Shown here piece by piece: positions 1 through 13,334 of a stretch of DNA of 64,000 nt (the stretch's first letter is position 1; each line of letters opens with the position of its first letter). The notes beneath the pieces were generated by a model. It was given only the letters and a program-made list of their open reading frames with translations. It was not told the DNA's origin and did no database searches. The stretch comes from Rhizophagus irregularis (Eukaryota), in the NCBI RefSeq assembly GCF_026210795.1, contig NC_089429.1, positions 2,976,001 through 3,040,000 of the forward strand, written 5' to 3'. The translations under genes were made by a program, and so were the position numbers.

Positions 1-1535
1 CGATCAAAAATAATACATCATCTTTTTCAGTTTAAAGAGCTGGAGATAAATTTGCCTTTGTTTTCATAGAAATTAATGTTTCTTTCTAAAATAGCTGATT
101 TCATGGAAGTAGTCTTCAATTTATCAAATTCCAAGGTATTGCTGGCTGAAAGGAACTGCTTTAACTTCTGTAAAGATTTGTGGAATTGAACCAAGAATGC
201 GATTTGAGGAATTGAAAATTATAGGCAATTGTAATGGATGTGAGAGACTATTGAGAAGACCGGAATGATTGGGAAATAATTTTTGAAGAAACGAGACCAT
301 GAAGTAGTTAACCTGGAAATGGATGTCAATTTCCGTAAGGACATAATAAAATGGTCAAGACTATAACTCAGATGGATATAGGGCTGCAACTCATGAGGAA
401 TAGTCTTGAGTTTCATCAAAAAGATAGTTTTCTTTAAAAAATGAGAATGACCGGCAGATAACAAGGCAGTCTTGAACTGGTGCTAAATTTGGTTCAAAGT
501 TGAGGTATAAGGAAAGGAAAACGTATCAGATAATAAAGAAAAAACTTCTGAAGTAAAAGTATCCTTTTGTCTAGAGTTAGCAGAATAACTTACTGTATAA
601 ACTAGGCACATGTTGTTCTCTAAATGCAAGAAAATCAAAATGTGCTGTAATTAAAAAGTGATCAGTAGAGAAAATATCCGTCAAATCCGAAACTGAAGAC
701 CAGAGATGTGGAATGGAAAAAGAAGGAGAGATCCAGATATAATCAAGCCAGGATAAAGAGCCAGAACTGGTAGACCGAAAAGTAAGGGATGGGAGAAGCA
801 AGGAACGATCAATTTCACATAGATCATTGAATTGTTGTTCATAGAGCATTTTGAATAAAGGGTTCAAGGGAGATGAGCCAGGCTGATTAGCTGATAATTA
901 CGTCAGGAAGGAATCAAAATCCGCATTAAGATAACCACCAAGAAGAACATTATGATTAGAAGATTGGGCAGAGCGAATCCATGAAATGAGAGTGGAATGA
1001 CAGTCAGCGATAGTTGATTGATTCAAAGAACTGATGGGAGGAATATACCCGCCAATAAGTAAAACATTACATTTTCCTGGGAGCTGGAGGGTTAAACCAA
1101 TCAATCTATCGCTAAAAAATTTCTTTTTGACTATGTACATAGCAAGAGAAGAATGAAGAATAACACCAACACCAGAATGGTGATTGGTAGTAGAAGAATG
1201 TGTAAACTAGGAAGAAAATTATAGGAAGTTAAATAAGTGTCACAAATGTAATGATGAGCAGGGAAACATAAATTAGTTTCAGTTAAAATAATACCATGCA
1301 AAGCATGGGATAAAAGGATTGAAAACAAATCTAATTGTTTGGTTGAGCTAACTAAAGAACGAACATTAAGGGATTCCAACTGTAAAATATTTGATGAAAA
1401 TAAATCAGTAGAATGAGCAGAAGGAGAAATATGAAATGGAAAAGAAGAGGAAGAATTATTATAAAAATTAATACGATCTGAACTATCAGCAGGAATAGGG
1501 TCCTGCTGTACCCTGTTACGAGTGTTGTCACTCAT
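1..1535 (-). pseudogene. LINE ORF2 N-terminus, APE/EEP-type endonuclease (frameshifted)
   Basis: ORF fragments carry SLNVRSL..KQ, IILTETNL, GGYIPP, LGGYLNA (GDxN-like), TF..S.LDYIWIS and STDHFLI motifs. Confidence 0.85.
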
Positions 1536-2713
1536 TAAAATAGTTATATAGCATCAAGAATTAATTCCCACCACCCAACTGTTAAACAGCGGGGAAGAAG
1601 GGAGTAATGTTATTATTGGCCAATGCTGCTGTAACTGGGGGAGATAAACCAGATAAACTGTCAAGCCTAGTTAAGATAAAACCAAGTTAAGCGTGTATAT
1701 TTTGCTGTGTAGAAGTAATAGAAACAAGTTCTTTGTTGAAATCAATAGGCTGAGAAGGATTAGAGGCACGTTTGAGTTGCAAAACAGTTGATATAGGAAC
1801 GGTACGTGTCGAAAAGGAAGGATGGTTGAATTTTCATCGTAAGAAAAGGATGTGTCAGGAGAGAGATGCATAAGCACATTTGGTAAAGATGATTGTTGTT
1901 CAGGTGGGGGAGCAGAGCTAGGATTGTCCCAATTGTTCATATCTTCATGCGATTCATACCATAAGTCCGGTTGGTACTAGGAAGAATAATCCTGATTATC
2001 CTAGGATTCGTTGTAGGAATTAGGATATGCACATGCAGATTCATAAAAGAAAACAGCTGCTTCTAATTTCTCAATACGAAAACTATGATCCACAAGCTGA
2101 GTAGAAAACCAATCTACCCTGGCATCTAGGTCACGAATCATAATTGACAGGTCGAGAATTTGTTGTCGGAGAGCAGCCACATCTTCAGGCAAAATACTTG
2201 AACCTTGCTGAGAGGGTGGAGAAATAACGGGCTGACCAGAAATCTGAGACAGTTGATCATGGGTCATTGACGGATTATTCGAGGAAGTAGGATCAGAAGG
2301 GTATTCTCAAGTGAATTGAGTGTTTCTTTCAGAGCCATGAGTAGGACAGGAGGGTCGCTGGTGAAACAGAAACGTGATCATGAAGATGATTGACAGTAGT
2401 GATACCTGGCTAAACTCTTTTTGCCAAAAATTTGAGTTTCGTCACCAACTAGTTTCGGTTTCGTCATTGACTAAACTATATATTGATATTTTTTAAGTTT
2501 AAATTTTATTTATATAAAATTATAATTTTATTATAAAAATATATTAAATTATATTATACATAAAATAGTTTTATAAATTTCTTTAAAAAATATTATATTT
2601 TGGGAAAAATAAATAATTTTCATTACATGCGATACATAAATATGTCACTTTATTAAATTTATATTATATTTTACATTCTACAATAAAAAGTAATTACAAA
2701 TTACATACAATAT

Positions 2714-5446
2714 TTATTGTTGGTGTTCTTTAAGTTTGTCATTCTTATGATATGCTGCATTGTGACCGCACTGTCCACATATACAACATTTATATGTATT
2801 TCGGCTTGAACAACCACTTTTACTACTTTCTCCCTTTTCATGCTCAATACTACTTCTATATCTTTTTGTTGGAGGACGGCCTTTAGTTTTAGCTTTTAGT
2901 GGATTTTGAATATTTCCAAGTTCTTGAAATTCATTACTTATATTGGTTGATTCATTAATATGATTTTGTTCCATTTCAATTTCTGTATTGCTTTCTGAAA
3001 TCATTTCATAGTTTCGCTTCTTTTTATTGATATAATCTTGTAATATAAGTTCCATTTCGTTATCATTAGATTCAAGTGCAAGTAAAGTAGCTTCACAAGC
3101 CATACCCCACAATTTACCATACTTTTTTCTTTTTTCAATAGCTTTCTTCATTATAGGTACAGTTTTTGGAATGGTAATAGCTTTACGAGTTGGAATCCTT
3201 ATTTCTAAATCATTATTAGTATTATTTTCCAGGTTTTCATTTTCATGAAGAAAAATTAATCCAGTTTCCTGCGTCAATGGTTTTCCTTGATAAACATCTT
3301 GATACCATCTTTCTGGAATCATTGAAATATGAAAACCAGCAACTTTTGAAAACATCATTACGCGAAAATAATGACGGCAAATTATACCCCTTGATATTGT
3401 GGTTAAACATGTACATATAAACGAAATTTAATTGGAAATTACAATATAATGCATATGATCTTTTTTACCAGGACGAATATCACAAAATTTCCAGATTTCT
3501 TTTATATCTTCTTTACCAATTTCATCAATAATTGACTGTAAAGTAATTTGCTGTGCGTCATAAGAATATTCAATAAAAAGCTTCTATTTCCTAACAATAA
3601 AATAAATGTTACAATTAGTATGATACTTAATCATGAATTCTTATTTATCTATCAAACCTCTAACCCATAATCCTAACACTAATAACACACCCTAATCCCA
3701 TACCCTAACCTAACCCTAATGCCACTAACCCTAATGCCATACCCTAATCCCGTACCCTAACCTAACCCTAACCCTAACCCTCTAATTTACGATAAATAAT
3801 TACCTGTTCTTGAGTAAAATCCAGTCCTGAAAATAAAATGATAGTTGCTTGGAGATATAGACATTGTGCCATTTCTACTTTAATAGCAGTTATAGTATTT
3901 ATACATAAATACTTTTCCATTATCTTAATTACAGATGGAAAAAGATCTTCTCCTATTGATACTGAAATTGAACTAGTAGTTGAAGATCAATATTCATGAA
4001 ATCTTTCCCATTGAATTTCTGAAATAAGTTGTTCAAATAATTGATCAACAAGTTGACACAAAGTGGAATTACTTCTAACAGTTTTTTTAATGATTGCATT
4101 CATTCCTTCAACTCGGGAAGTACTTTCAATGCCAGCTGTAAATATTTGTTTCAAATAACAGCGTGCCCATGATTTATTTGATGGCCATAATACTCTAAGA
4201 AGATAATCTTTAGCTAATGGAAAATTTTCTAACAAACTAGTCCATCGTGAAAAAAATAAAGGTTCACAGAGATTGCGACATTTATAAAACTTTTCAATGA
4301 AACTATTATACAAACTTCCTAGTTTTGCTTTCAAATTTTTTGGCAAATTTTGGGCAATATGATATATACAATGTGCATGATAACTGTTTGGAAATTGAAG
4401 AGGAATTGCAGCATCCATTGCTGGATCTGCATCTGTAAAGAATACTATTGGTTGTTTTTCAGTTGCTTAAAGTGCACACTGCAAAATCCACTGGTATGTT
4501 TCAAATGTTTCGTCACTTACAATAGCTTGTGCAAGTAATCTTGTGCGTCCATTATTATCTATACCAACAAATAAACTTAATGGCATATTGTACATATTTG
4601 TTTTAGCTGTGTTGTCATTAATAATTACATCATGATATTTAATCCAAAGAATAATTTGTTCAGGAGTCATCCAAAAGACCCGCACAAGACGATTATCAGC
4701 ATCAAGTTCAAATTTAAGAAAAAAATGAGGATTTTCTTGCTTTTTTTGTACAAGACCTATAAGAAGATCAGATGCATCATTGTGCATATTACTACGGCTG
4801 ATAATCTTGATTCTTTGTATGGCGTTTGACAAATCTGAGTCTGTGTAATTAATTTTTGGAAATCGTGCCTTTAAAAGATTGTGTTGTACGGTAATTGAAA
4901 GGTTTGCATGTTTAGTCATTATTTCAATTTTATCCATTATTTCTTTTGAAATTTCTCTATATCTACTATTAAATTCACAAGTATCTGATCTTAATTCATG
5001 ATTGTGTTCATTTTCAAATAAACTAATAGTAATGTTTGTTGCATGTTATGGAAATGTCAAATTTATGTACCAGGGGCACTGACGCTTTTTAGTTCTGGTA
5101 TTTCGTTGATTTCCAGTTTCCTTTTTATTTGACTTGAACTTTCCACCAAACTCACATGTAAATGTTCTTTTTGTGATTAATTGACTGGATTTATTTCTTG
5201 ATATTCGATACTTATTTATAGAGAAACCATTACGACACCCATATTTCTCAAGAAATATTTCAGCTTCTTCCCAAGAAGCAAAAGTAGTATCAAGACTAAT
5301 ATTTTCAGTGGCAATTTTAAGAGAGGTTCATTATCCAAACCTTTTTGAATAGTATCAGAAATATTGTTATTAATATTTTCTTGAATAGTATCAGAAACAT
5401 TAATATTTTCTTCTTTATCTTCATTAATAATAGATACATTATCCAT
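2714..5446 (-). pseudogene. MULE transposase (FAR1-like N-terminus, MULE DDE domain, SWIM finger, C-terminal zinc knuckle), frameshifted
   Basis: Motifs FTCEFGG..CPW..HNHEL, INDNTAKTNMYNMPL, DADPAM..HAHCIYH, STSRVEGMN, CTC..GIICRH, KTKGRP and CCICGQCGHN. Confidence 0.9.
3660..3785. repeat. Degenerate telomere-like (CCCTAA)n tract inside an intron of the MULE transposase
   Basis: ccctaacctaaccctaaccctaaccc and variants; intron about 3585-3803 on the minus strand. Confidence 0.8.
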
Positions 5447-6576
5447 AATGTGATGAAAGGAAAAAAAAAATATGATAAAGGTATTTTTATTTATCATGGG
5501 AATAAAAGGAAAAAGAGATTACGTGTATTATACTATGGGAAAATCTGTATATAAACTATCAATGATCAATCAGTAAAATAATAAGGCGATATTATTAATC
5601 ATCGCCCAATAAAAATTTTATTTAAGAGCGATGCATGATAATCATCGCATAATATATTTAAGAGTAAGATATAGAATTTGTATATGAAGTGATAAATATG
5701 GAGATCACACCCCGCGATGTATACATTAATTCTTATATTTTAATATAAATTTATTATTTTTTTTTTATAAGCAATTATTATAATTAAAAATCCATGGAAA
5801 TCTATAAAAAATCTATGGAAATACTATGGAATATTGAATTTCAGCATTTCGTCTTTTAATTTTAAATGTTTAAACTATTTCAGTTTAGTCAAATGACTAA
5901 ATATTTCAGTTTCGCCCAGGATCTCTAATTGACAGGAAGAATGAGCAGCAGCACGGCCTCATTGTGGGCCAGTTTTAAAGCAGAAATATAACTAATCAAG
6001 TTGGGCAGAGGATTTACTGGAAGGCGAGGAGAGCATTGGAAGGGTGTACAGCCCTTACGGCCATATACATGGTAAAGATCCTTAACTTGGTTAGAGGAAT
6101 ACCAGGTGAGTCCACGATTCTTGAAGGAAATGGTCAATTCGAGGGCCGAATCAAGTGTGGCTTGTGAGTAAAAATTTATATACACATAGGTTTAGGTTTG
6201 TAGGAGGTGAAAAATAGTGGAATGTTGATCGCCTTAGCGAAAAATATCAGTTAAATCAGCTTCTTTGATGTTCTTAGAAATACCAGCTAAAACTGCTACA
6301 TATTGCCTTCAGACATCACGTTGGGCTTTGAATAAGTAGCTGGACAGACGCGCAGGTAATTACCAAGACATAGGATAGCCCATGTGTCATCAAATTGGCC
6401 GATCAGATCAGTGGTGCTGAATTGCACCATGGCGATGTAATAGTATTTCCGAAGGAAAAATTTACAATGCACAACGGAACCTTACCAGCAATGGTGAAAA
6501 GAGCATGAATAGAGACGCAACAGTTTCAACAGTTGTTGAGGTAGTTTGGGAAGAGGAAACCACTTGGACTTTATTG

Positions 6577-6821
6577 TAAGGTTGCTGGAGAAACTAATAG
6601 GTTTTGGCAAGTTGGCAAAATGCTGAAATAGTGAAACTTTGCCAAAACTATATGAAAGTCTTATTAAAAAGTTGGCAAAACTCTGAAGAAAAGTGAAACC
6701 TGACAAAACTTATTATAAATGCCAAAACTGCTAAAACCTTGCCGAAACTATAATAAAACTATAGTAAAATCTTGGAGAAACTAATCATAAAATTTTGGAG
6801 AGGTTTGGGCAGGCAATTTTA
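6577..6821. mobile_element. hAT-type MITE (TAAGGTTGC family), copy 1
   Basis: 8-bp TSD CTTTATTG at 6569-6576 and 6822-6829; similar over its full length to the reverse complement of 37487-37730. Confidence 0.85.
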
Positions 6822-6879
6822 CTTTATTGATGGGAAGAACTACATCAGGAAATTTTATAGCGCGAAAAATTGCGTAAGT

Positions 6880-7370
6880 TTACGATTTTGTAAGTTTACG
6901 AAAGTTTATGGCATAATATTTCAAAAAATTTCAAAATATTACGTAAGTTTACAATTTCGTAAGATTTATGTGATATTACGGTTAAAATATTACGTAAGTT
7001 TTCAATATCGTAAGATTTATGCAATATTACGGTCAAAATATTCTGCAAATTTACGAAACTGTAAACAAGCGTAATATTACGATTGAAATATTTCAAATAT
7101 TTACGAAACTGTAAACCTGCGTAATATTACGGTTGAAATATTTTGAAAATTTACGAAACTGTAAACCTGCGTAATATTACGGTTGAAATATTTTGAAAAT
7201 TTACGAAACTGTAAACCTGCGTAATATTACGGTTGAAATATTTCAAAAATTTACGAAACTGTAAACCTGCGTAATATTACGGTTAAAATATTTCGAATAT
7301 TTACGAAACTGTAAACCTGCGTAATATTACAGTTGAAATATTTCAAAAATTTACAAGATTGTAAACTGCA
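6880..7370. repeat. 50-bp subterminal tandem array (about 10 units, 5-6 near-perfect); degenerate inverted counterpart at 36050-37445
   Basis: GTAAACCTGCGTAATATTACGG.. recurs at 7111, 7161, 7211, 7261 and 7311. Confidence 0.9.
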
Positions 7371-7739
7371 TATGCAGTAGAACGTATACAAGGGGCATGT
7401 GATACTATTGAATAATCAAAAATAATATAAACACCTTTTCTTTTATATAAACACCTTTTTTTTTAAGTTTGGGAAAGCAAATTTATTTTTATTTACGAAT
7501 TTTTTATTATTTACAATTTTTATGTTAAAAATTAAAGTAAATTCTAATTTTTATTATAACTTAATAAAAAAATACACATTTGATACTTGTTCGCTACTAT
7601 TTTATAAAATAGTACCCAGGCTGTACGGCGTGGACGTCAGTATCAGTCACAGCCCAAAAAAAACGTGAGTCTCCAGCCGATATTTAGTACAAACTGGGCC
7701 TAGCTACTCACTTAATAAATAATAAAAAAATAAAAATAA

Positions 7740-8364
7740 TTATCTTCTTCTACGATACGTAGGTAAGTTTCTCCTTGCCCTACGATCATCACGCATGACT
7801 AAAATTGATCAAATTTATCAAATTTAAAACATGAACGTAAATATTAATTATAAATTTTATTATAGTATAATTACCCAGCCTCTCCCAAAATCTCGTTCTA
7901 AATTCGCGATAATATCTTGCACTGGTACGCGTCTACAGCCGCCGCCCAGGGTTACCATTACGATAAAGGACATAGTTCTAAATATCAAAATCAGTTTGAA
8001 TATTCGGTAAATACATTTAATTTATATGAATGTAATTTTATTTATTTACTTACATGGTAATCTCTGATGAGGTTCCTCCACTTTTGGCTGCACTGTTGCC
8101 CGGAAACCCTCGTTTGAAATATTCTATTTATTCTGATTCAATTAAATGGATTGGTTAATTTGAATTTAAATTCTTTTTTAAAGAAATTATAGATATTAGT
8201 CATATGAACCTATTGGCAACAGAGTCCCAAAAATCTTGGCGGCTTCTACCATTAATATTGTGGTAGGCGCAGTTTCTGTCTCGGCGTATGTCAACAAGTT
8301 CGTCTATCATAGCCCAGTTCCAATGGACGTTATAGTGAAAATAACGACGTGTGTGGCGAGGCAT
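7740..8364 (-). pseudogene. Four-exon Myb/SANT-like (trihelix-type) gene with Arg-rich tail and one in-frame TAG; not in the ORF track
   Basis: Exons 8364-8210, 8132-8054, 7977-7875 and 7798-7740 with GT-AG introns give MPRHTRRYFHYNVHWNWAMIDELVDIRR..QDFWDSVANRINRIFQTRVSGQQCSQKWRNLIRDYH..RFWERL..RRRR*; TAG at 7933-7935. Confidence 0.8.
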
Positions 8365-9104
8365 TATTAGATTAGATTTGATTTTTATAATTTAATTTTG
8401 GGATGAGTAAAAATTTGAAACAAAGTCGTAAAATGTCACTTTAAATAAAATTTGAACAATACCTCTTTGGTTTGATTTTATTTCTCGTTTCAATTAAAAT
8501 TTAATTTATTAGACTTTTCATCATTAAACATATTAATTAAATCTCATGCGGATATGGATTATCTAAATATAAATATCATGATTCTAAATATAAATATAAA
8601 TCACTTAATTTATTTTAATTTTTTTTAAAAAAAAAATCTTAGTTTGATTTCAATTAAAAATAATTAAAAATCATGTACATGTTTTGGTTATTTAAATATA
8701 AATATCAATATATTATATTTAAAAATAAACCAATTTATTATTAGCACATTCTATTGAATTTTAAAAAAATCAATTTTTTTTTTTAAAAAAAAAATCATCA
8801 ATATATCATATTTAAAAATAAAACAATTATATTCTGATTAAATATTTTGCGTACATTTCTTAAAAAAATCATAAAAAAAAATCTTGTACGTCGTACATGC
8901 AATTCACTGGTCGAAATAGTCCAAATCGGCTAGAAATCGGATGTCCGATTTTAGGCCGAATTTGGTGATAAAGATGGCTGATTTATTAATTTAGGCAAAG
9001 TTCTGATTGGCAGGCCGATCGACGCCGATCAGAATATCCAAATTGTATCTGAATTGCTTAGTATTTTTGATCCGAATTGTTTAAAAAAATATATTCATAA
9101 ATTT

Positions 9105-9470
9105 ACCGAATTGCAGTAAATTTATTCTGAATTATGATAAATTTTGATAAATTGCGATAAATTTTAATCTGAATTGCAGTAAATTTTAATCTGAATTGCA
9201 GTAAATTTTAATCTGAATTGCGGTAAATTTTAATCTGAATTGCAGTAAATTTTCTATTCTGAATTGCGGTAAATTTTATTCTGAATTTCGGTAAATTTAT
9301 TCTGAATTGCGGTAAAAATTTAATGAATTGCGGTTAATTTTATTCTGAATTGCATCTGAATTGCAGTAAATTTTATTCTGAATTATGGTATATTTGCAGT
9401 AAATTTTATTCTGAATTGCGGTAAATTTGCAGTAAATTTATTTCGAATTGTAATTAATTTTTTTCTGAAT
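9105..9470. repeat. ~21-22-bp subterminal tandem repeats of CACTA 1
   Basis: CTGAATTGC(A/G)GTAAATTTTA repeated more than 12 times. Confidence 0.85.
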
Positions 9471-9593
9471 TAAGACAAATTTATTTTGAATTATAGAAAA
9501 TTCTAATACTAATAATTTGGAATATTAATTATATATATATATAGATTTTTGACGAAAAAAAGAAAGTTTTCTACCAAATTAATTCAGATTCGT

Positions 9594-12135
9594 TCATTGC
9601 GCGTCGTCCATATGTAAATCAGAATCTGAATTATTATGATTGTCGCCGACCGTTGATTTTGATGGTTTTTCTTCTCCTTCCTTGTTATGGTCTTCATCAT
9701 TTTCGGTGGTGTTGCCAGTTGCTGGTGTTGTCCCTCTACTAACTTCTTCTTCTTCATCATCATATTCAGTGATTAAACCCTGATCGATATCAGTATCAAA
9801 TATTAAATCTTGTTGTTGTACGATATAAGACCATTCGGGAGCATTCAACGGATGTGGTCGGTCGTATTTTTGTACCTCATCGTCGTATCTACGTTCGCGT
9901 ATTAATTTCGACTTATTTGACGAGTGTACATCGAGTACATTTCGTAGCAAATTTTTAAGCTGAAGAAACAATAAAATATAAAAATTAAATCCAGCGATTC
10001 GTCTGAAAAATTAAGATTCAGAAGTTCTAACCTCATCAGATCTCCACAAATAGTCGTAAATAGCAATTATGGACTTTGTTGGGTCTTCTTTGTCTGTCTC
10101 GCTTATTTCTGGAGAATGAAATAAGCGATTGGATAACATCTTTAGTAATCTACGCTTATCATATTTTGTTATCCATTCATCGTCAAAACTATATAATCTC
10201 TTTGCCGCCTTCATTCGGCGGATTTTCTTCTAAAATACGTTATAATTTGAATAAAATTCAATACATAATCAGAATAAAATTCAGCATAATAATTATAAAT
10301 CATTACTAACGTCGTGTACTCGATTGTTTGAGTGCACCCGGTGTTTATTTTCATCGGCTTTTCCCCTATCTATTAATCTTTGATGAGAACAACGAGACTT
10401 GTGGAGACAACCCAACCATTTTGTAAGTTGCTTATTCGAAGCGGGAAAACATGGAGCAAGGGCTGAATGCAATTCAGGAACTAGCCTACGACGAATCTTG
10501 AGATTTTTCGCGCTATTGAACATTTCATTGTAATCTAGTCCTCGAGTTTCATCGATGGTTTTCAAAATAGACTTCATTTCAGCCTAAATATAACAAATAA
10601 TGATAACCGGTACTTAATTACTCAATACTGCAATTTTAAATAACTGAATCAGACAAATAAAATTAATATACCCTAGCTTCTTTTTCGTCATACTCATCAT
10701 TATTGTTAGAACCAGACCGTTCTTCCTCCGATTCTTCCTCGTATCGCTCAGACTTTTTTGTCTTAATTCTTTTTTGACGTTTTGCCAGCTGTTCGAGATC
10801 CGTCTGCCTATGAATGGCTTTAGGCAGACGGATTCTCGAATACCTGTTTAAGCTTTTGCGTAGATCGTCATTCTCGTCTGCAAAGGCCTCATTTATTCGA
10901 GTCAAAAAATGATTTTCGTCGAATAATCGGTTATTTTCGCGTTGAAGCTTTGCATTCTCTACTTGTACTTCTTCAATTTATTTCTTTAATTTTAGATTTT
11001 CTAAATAAAGAATTTTATTAATAGTAATATTTTTTTACGAATAATTCTGAATTTATACAAATGAAGTCAAAATCGTACCTGCTTCTAAATCAGTATCGTC
11101 GTCATCGATCATCCTTTCATTACCTTGATCGTCTTTAACCACTAATACGAATTTTTGTGGAATTCGAATATTCCCATATCATTTTTTCATTTCCGATAAC
11201 ATCTCTTGTTGATCTATAAAAATTATTAATTATCGTACATGTCAATCAGCAATTTTCCAAAATTCAATTACCTTTAGGAATATTTGGCGGTTCAATTTCT
11301 ATAACCTCATCGTCAGACTCTTCTTGAGTCGGCTTAGTCGACTTTGCAGATTTGAGGATTGACTTGATGGGTGACGATTTGCTAGTCGACTTATTGGTTT
11401 TGTCAATCGTCTCATTCGGATTACTTTCTTCTTCTGTTCTTCCCCGTTGACGATTAGATCCTTCGTCAGGTGTTTCTTCTTGAAACCTTTGCTGCTTTTG
11501 TTTGTTTGACTTGGTGGGTGACGATTTGCTAGTCGACTTATTGGTTTTGTCAATCATCTTATTCAGATCACTTTCTTCTTCCGCTCTTCCCCGTTGACGA
11601 TTAGATCCTTTGCTCGGTGTTTCTTCTTGAAACCTTTGCTGCTTTTGTTTGTTTGACTTGGTGGGTGACGATTTGCTAGTCGACTTATTGGTTTTGTCAA
11701 TCATCTTATTCAGATCACTTTCTTCTTCCGCTCTTCCCCGTTGACGATTAGATCCTTTGCTCGGTGTTTCTTCTTGAAACCTTTGCTGCTTTTGTTTGTT
11801 TGACTTGGTGGGTGACGATTTGCTAGTCGACTTATTGGTTTTGTCAATCGTCTCATTCAGATCACTTTCTTCTTCCGCTCTTCCCCGTTGATGATTAGAT
11901 CCTTCACTCAGTGTTTCTTCTTGAAACCTTTGCTGCTTTTGTTTGTTTGACTTGGTGGGTGACGATTTGCTAGTCGACTTATTGGTTTTGTCACTCGTCT
12001 CATTCGGATTACTTTCTTCTTCCGTTCTTCCCCGTTGACGATTAGATCCTTTGTCAGGTGTTTCTTCTTGAAACCTCTGTTGCTTTTGTTTGTTATTTTT
12101 TTATTGTTTTTTTTATTATTGCTATTATTTGACAT
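9594..12135 (-). pseudogene. CACTA 1 accessory (second) gene, multi-exon, divergent from the transposase, with a 49-aa tandem repeat; function unknown
   Basis: Chain of minus-strand ORFs 11264-11704, 10663-10905, 10293-10577, 10011-10214 and 9594-9971 separated by short GT-AG introns; ATG at 12135 followed by a poly-A frameshift. Confidence 0.7.
11370..12090. repeat. 147-bp coding tandem repeat, about 5 copies
   Basis: TGAAACC anchor at 11481, 11628, 11775, 11922 and 12069. Confidence 0.95.
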
Positions 12136-12214
12136 TTTGATATTCACTCAATATTCGTTTAAAAAATCGAAGCGGGTTCAATATCGTCATATCGTCCTAT
12201 TTATAAATTTAAAA

Positions 12215-12790
12215 ATCATCAATTAATTAATAAGAAAATCGTTAGCGTTCTACTGCGTTGATTTCTCGAAGAAAATCAACTATAAATCATAATTAAAAAA
12301 GACAAATCAATTAATAATAAGAAAATCGTTAGCGTTCTACTGCGTTGATTTCTTGAGGAAAATCAACTATAAATCATAATTAAAAAATCAAATCAATTAA
12401 TTAATAAGAAAATTGTTAGCGTTCTACTGCGTTGATTTCTCGATTGAAAAATCAACTATAAATCATAATTAAAAAAGACAAATAAATTAAAATTACGAAA
12501 ATCGTTAGCGTTCTACTGCGTTGATTTCTCGATTGAAAAATCAACTATAAATCATAATTAAAAAAGACAAATAAATTAATTAATAAGAAAATCGTTAGCG
12601 TTCTACTGCGTTGATTTCTCGATTGAAAAATCAACTATAAATCATAATTAAAAAAAACAAATCAATTAATTAATAAGAAAATCGTTAGCGTCCTGCGTTG
12701 ATTTCTCGAGGAAAATCAATTATAAATCATAATTAAAAAGACAAATAAATTAAAATTACAAAAATTGTTAGCGTTCTACTGCGTTAAAAT
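12215..12790. repeat. ~83-90-bp tandem repeat, 7 copies, between the two divergent CACTA 1 genes
   Basis: GTTAGCGTTCTACTGCGTTGATTTCTCGA core at 12241, 12328, 12415, 12504, 12594, 12684 and 12767. Confidence 0.95.
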
Positions 12791-13334
12791 TTGATATACT
12801 TTAATGCGGCAAGTTATACTTTGTCAAAATTTGCAGTAAAATCGAAAATATTCCTTGTATATTTAGATTCTGTAGCGATATTGTTATTATAGCAATACCA
12901 CTTCGATTAATACAAAATTGTTACTTTTCAACTTTCGCTAAAATTTACAGTTTCTTTTGATAAGGTTTGTTTGGCATCCGAAAATGATAAAGGGATGATA
13001 AAGTGATTATCTTGTAAATAAAAGTTATTTTAAAATAAAATAAGCTTTTTATTTTAAAAATAAGCTTTTTATTGTAAAATAAGCTTAAATCATATTGCAA
13101 TTTTTAAAAGTATATTAATTAGAAAATTCGCAAATTTATTATATAAAATTGCCAAATTTGCAAAAAAAAATATTAAATCCTAAAAAATTATTGAAATAAT
13201 CATAGAAGCCAGGATTACATTAATTATACATACAAATTATACAAATTTTGGGTTATTCCAAATTTTATAAAAATCGGCCTTTTAACAAATTTGGATTTTG
13301 TCAAACTTATTAAACTTATTCAAACACTAAACAA

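Larger units (their letters stand above)
2397..5927 (-). mobile_element. Mutator-like (MULE) DNA transposon with short imperfect TAG...CTA termini and 8-bp TSD
   Basis: TSD ATTGACAG at 2389-2396 and 5928-5935; ends TAGTGATACCTGGCTAAACT and AGTTTCGCCCAGGATCTCTA. Confidence 0.85.
1540..6576 (-). pseudogene. LINE ORF1 remnants (RRM-like and zinc-knuckle-like segments, coiled coil), split by the MULE element; N-terminal part lies at 37731-~37950
   Basis: ORFs 5925-6185 (INFYSQATLDSAL; degenerate knuckle YHVYGRKGC..FQC) and 2001-2267 (coiled coil) lie upstream of ORF2 on the same strand. Confidence 0.6.

Noticed and set aside
3660..3785. True chromosome end
   Set aside because: Short, degenerate and internal to an intron with continuous sequence on both sides.
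11370..12090. 147-bp unit as a nucleosome-positioning repeat
   Set aside because: The length is explained by an in-frame 49-codon protein repeat, with no linker spacing.
12215..12790. Regular ~88-bp array as CRISPR
   Set aside because: Whole units are duplicated with no unique spacers; it is a simple minisatellite.
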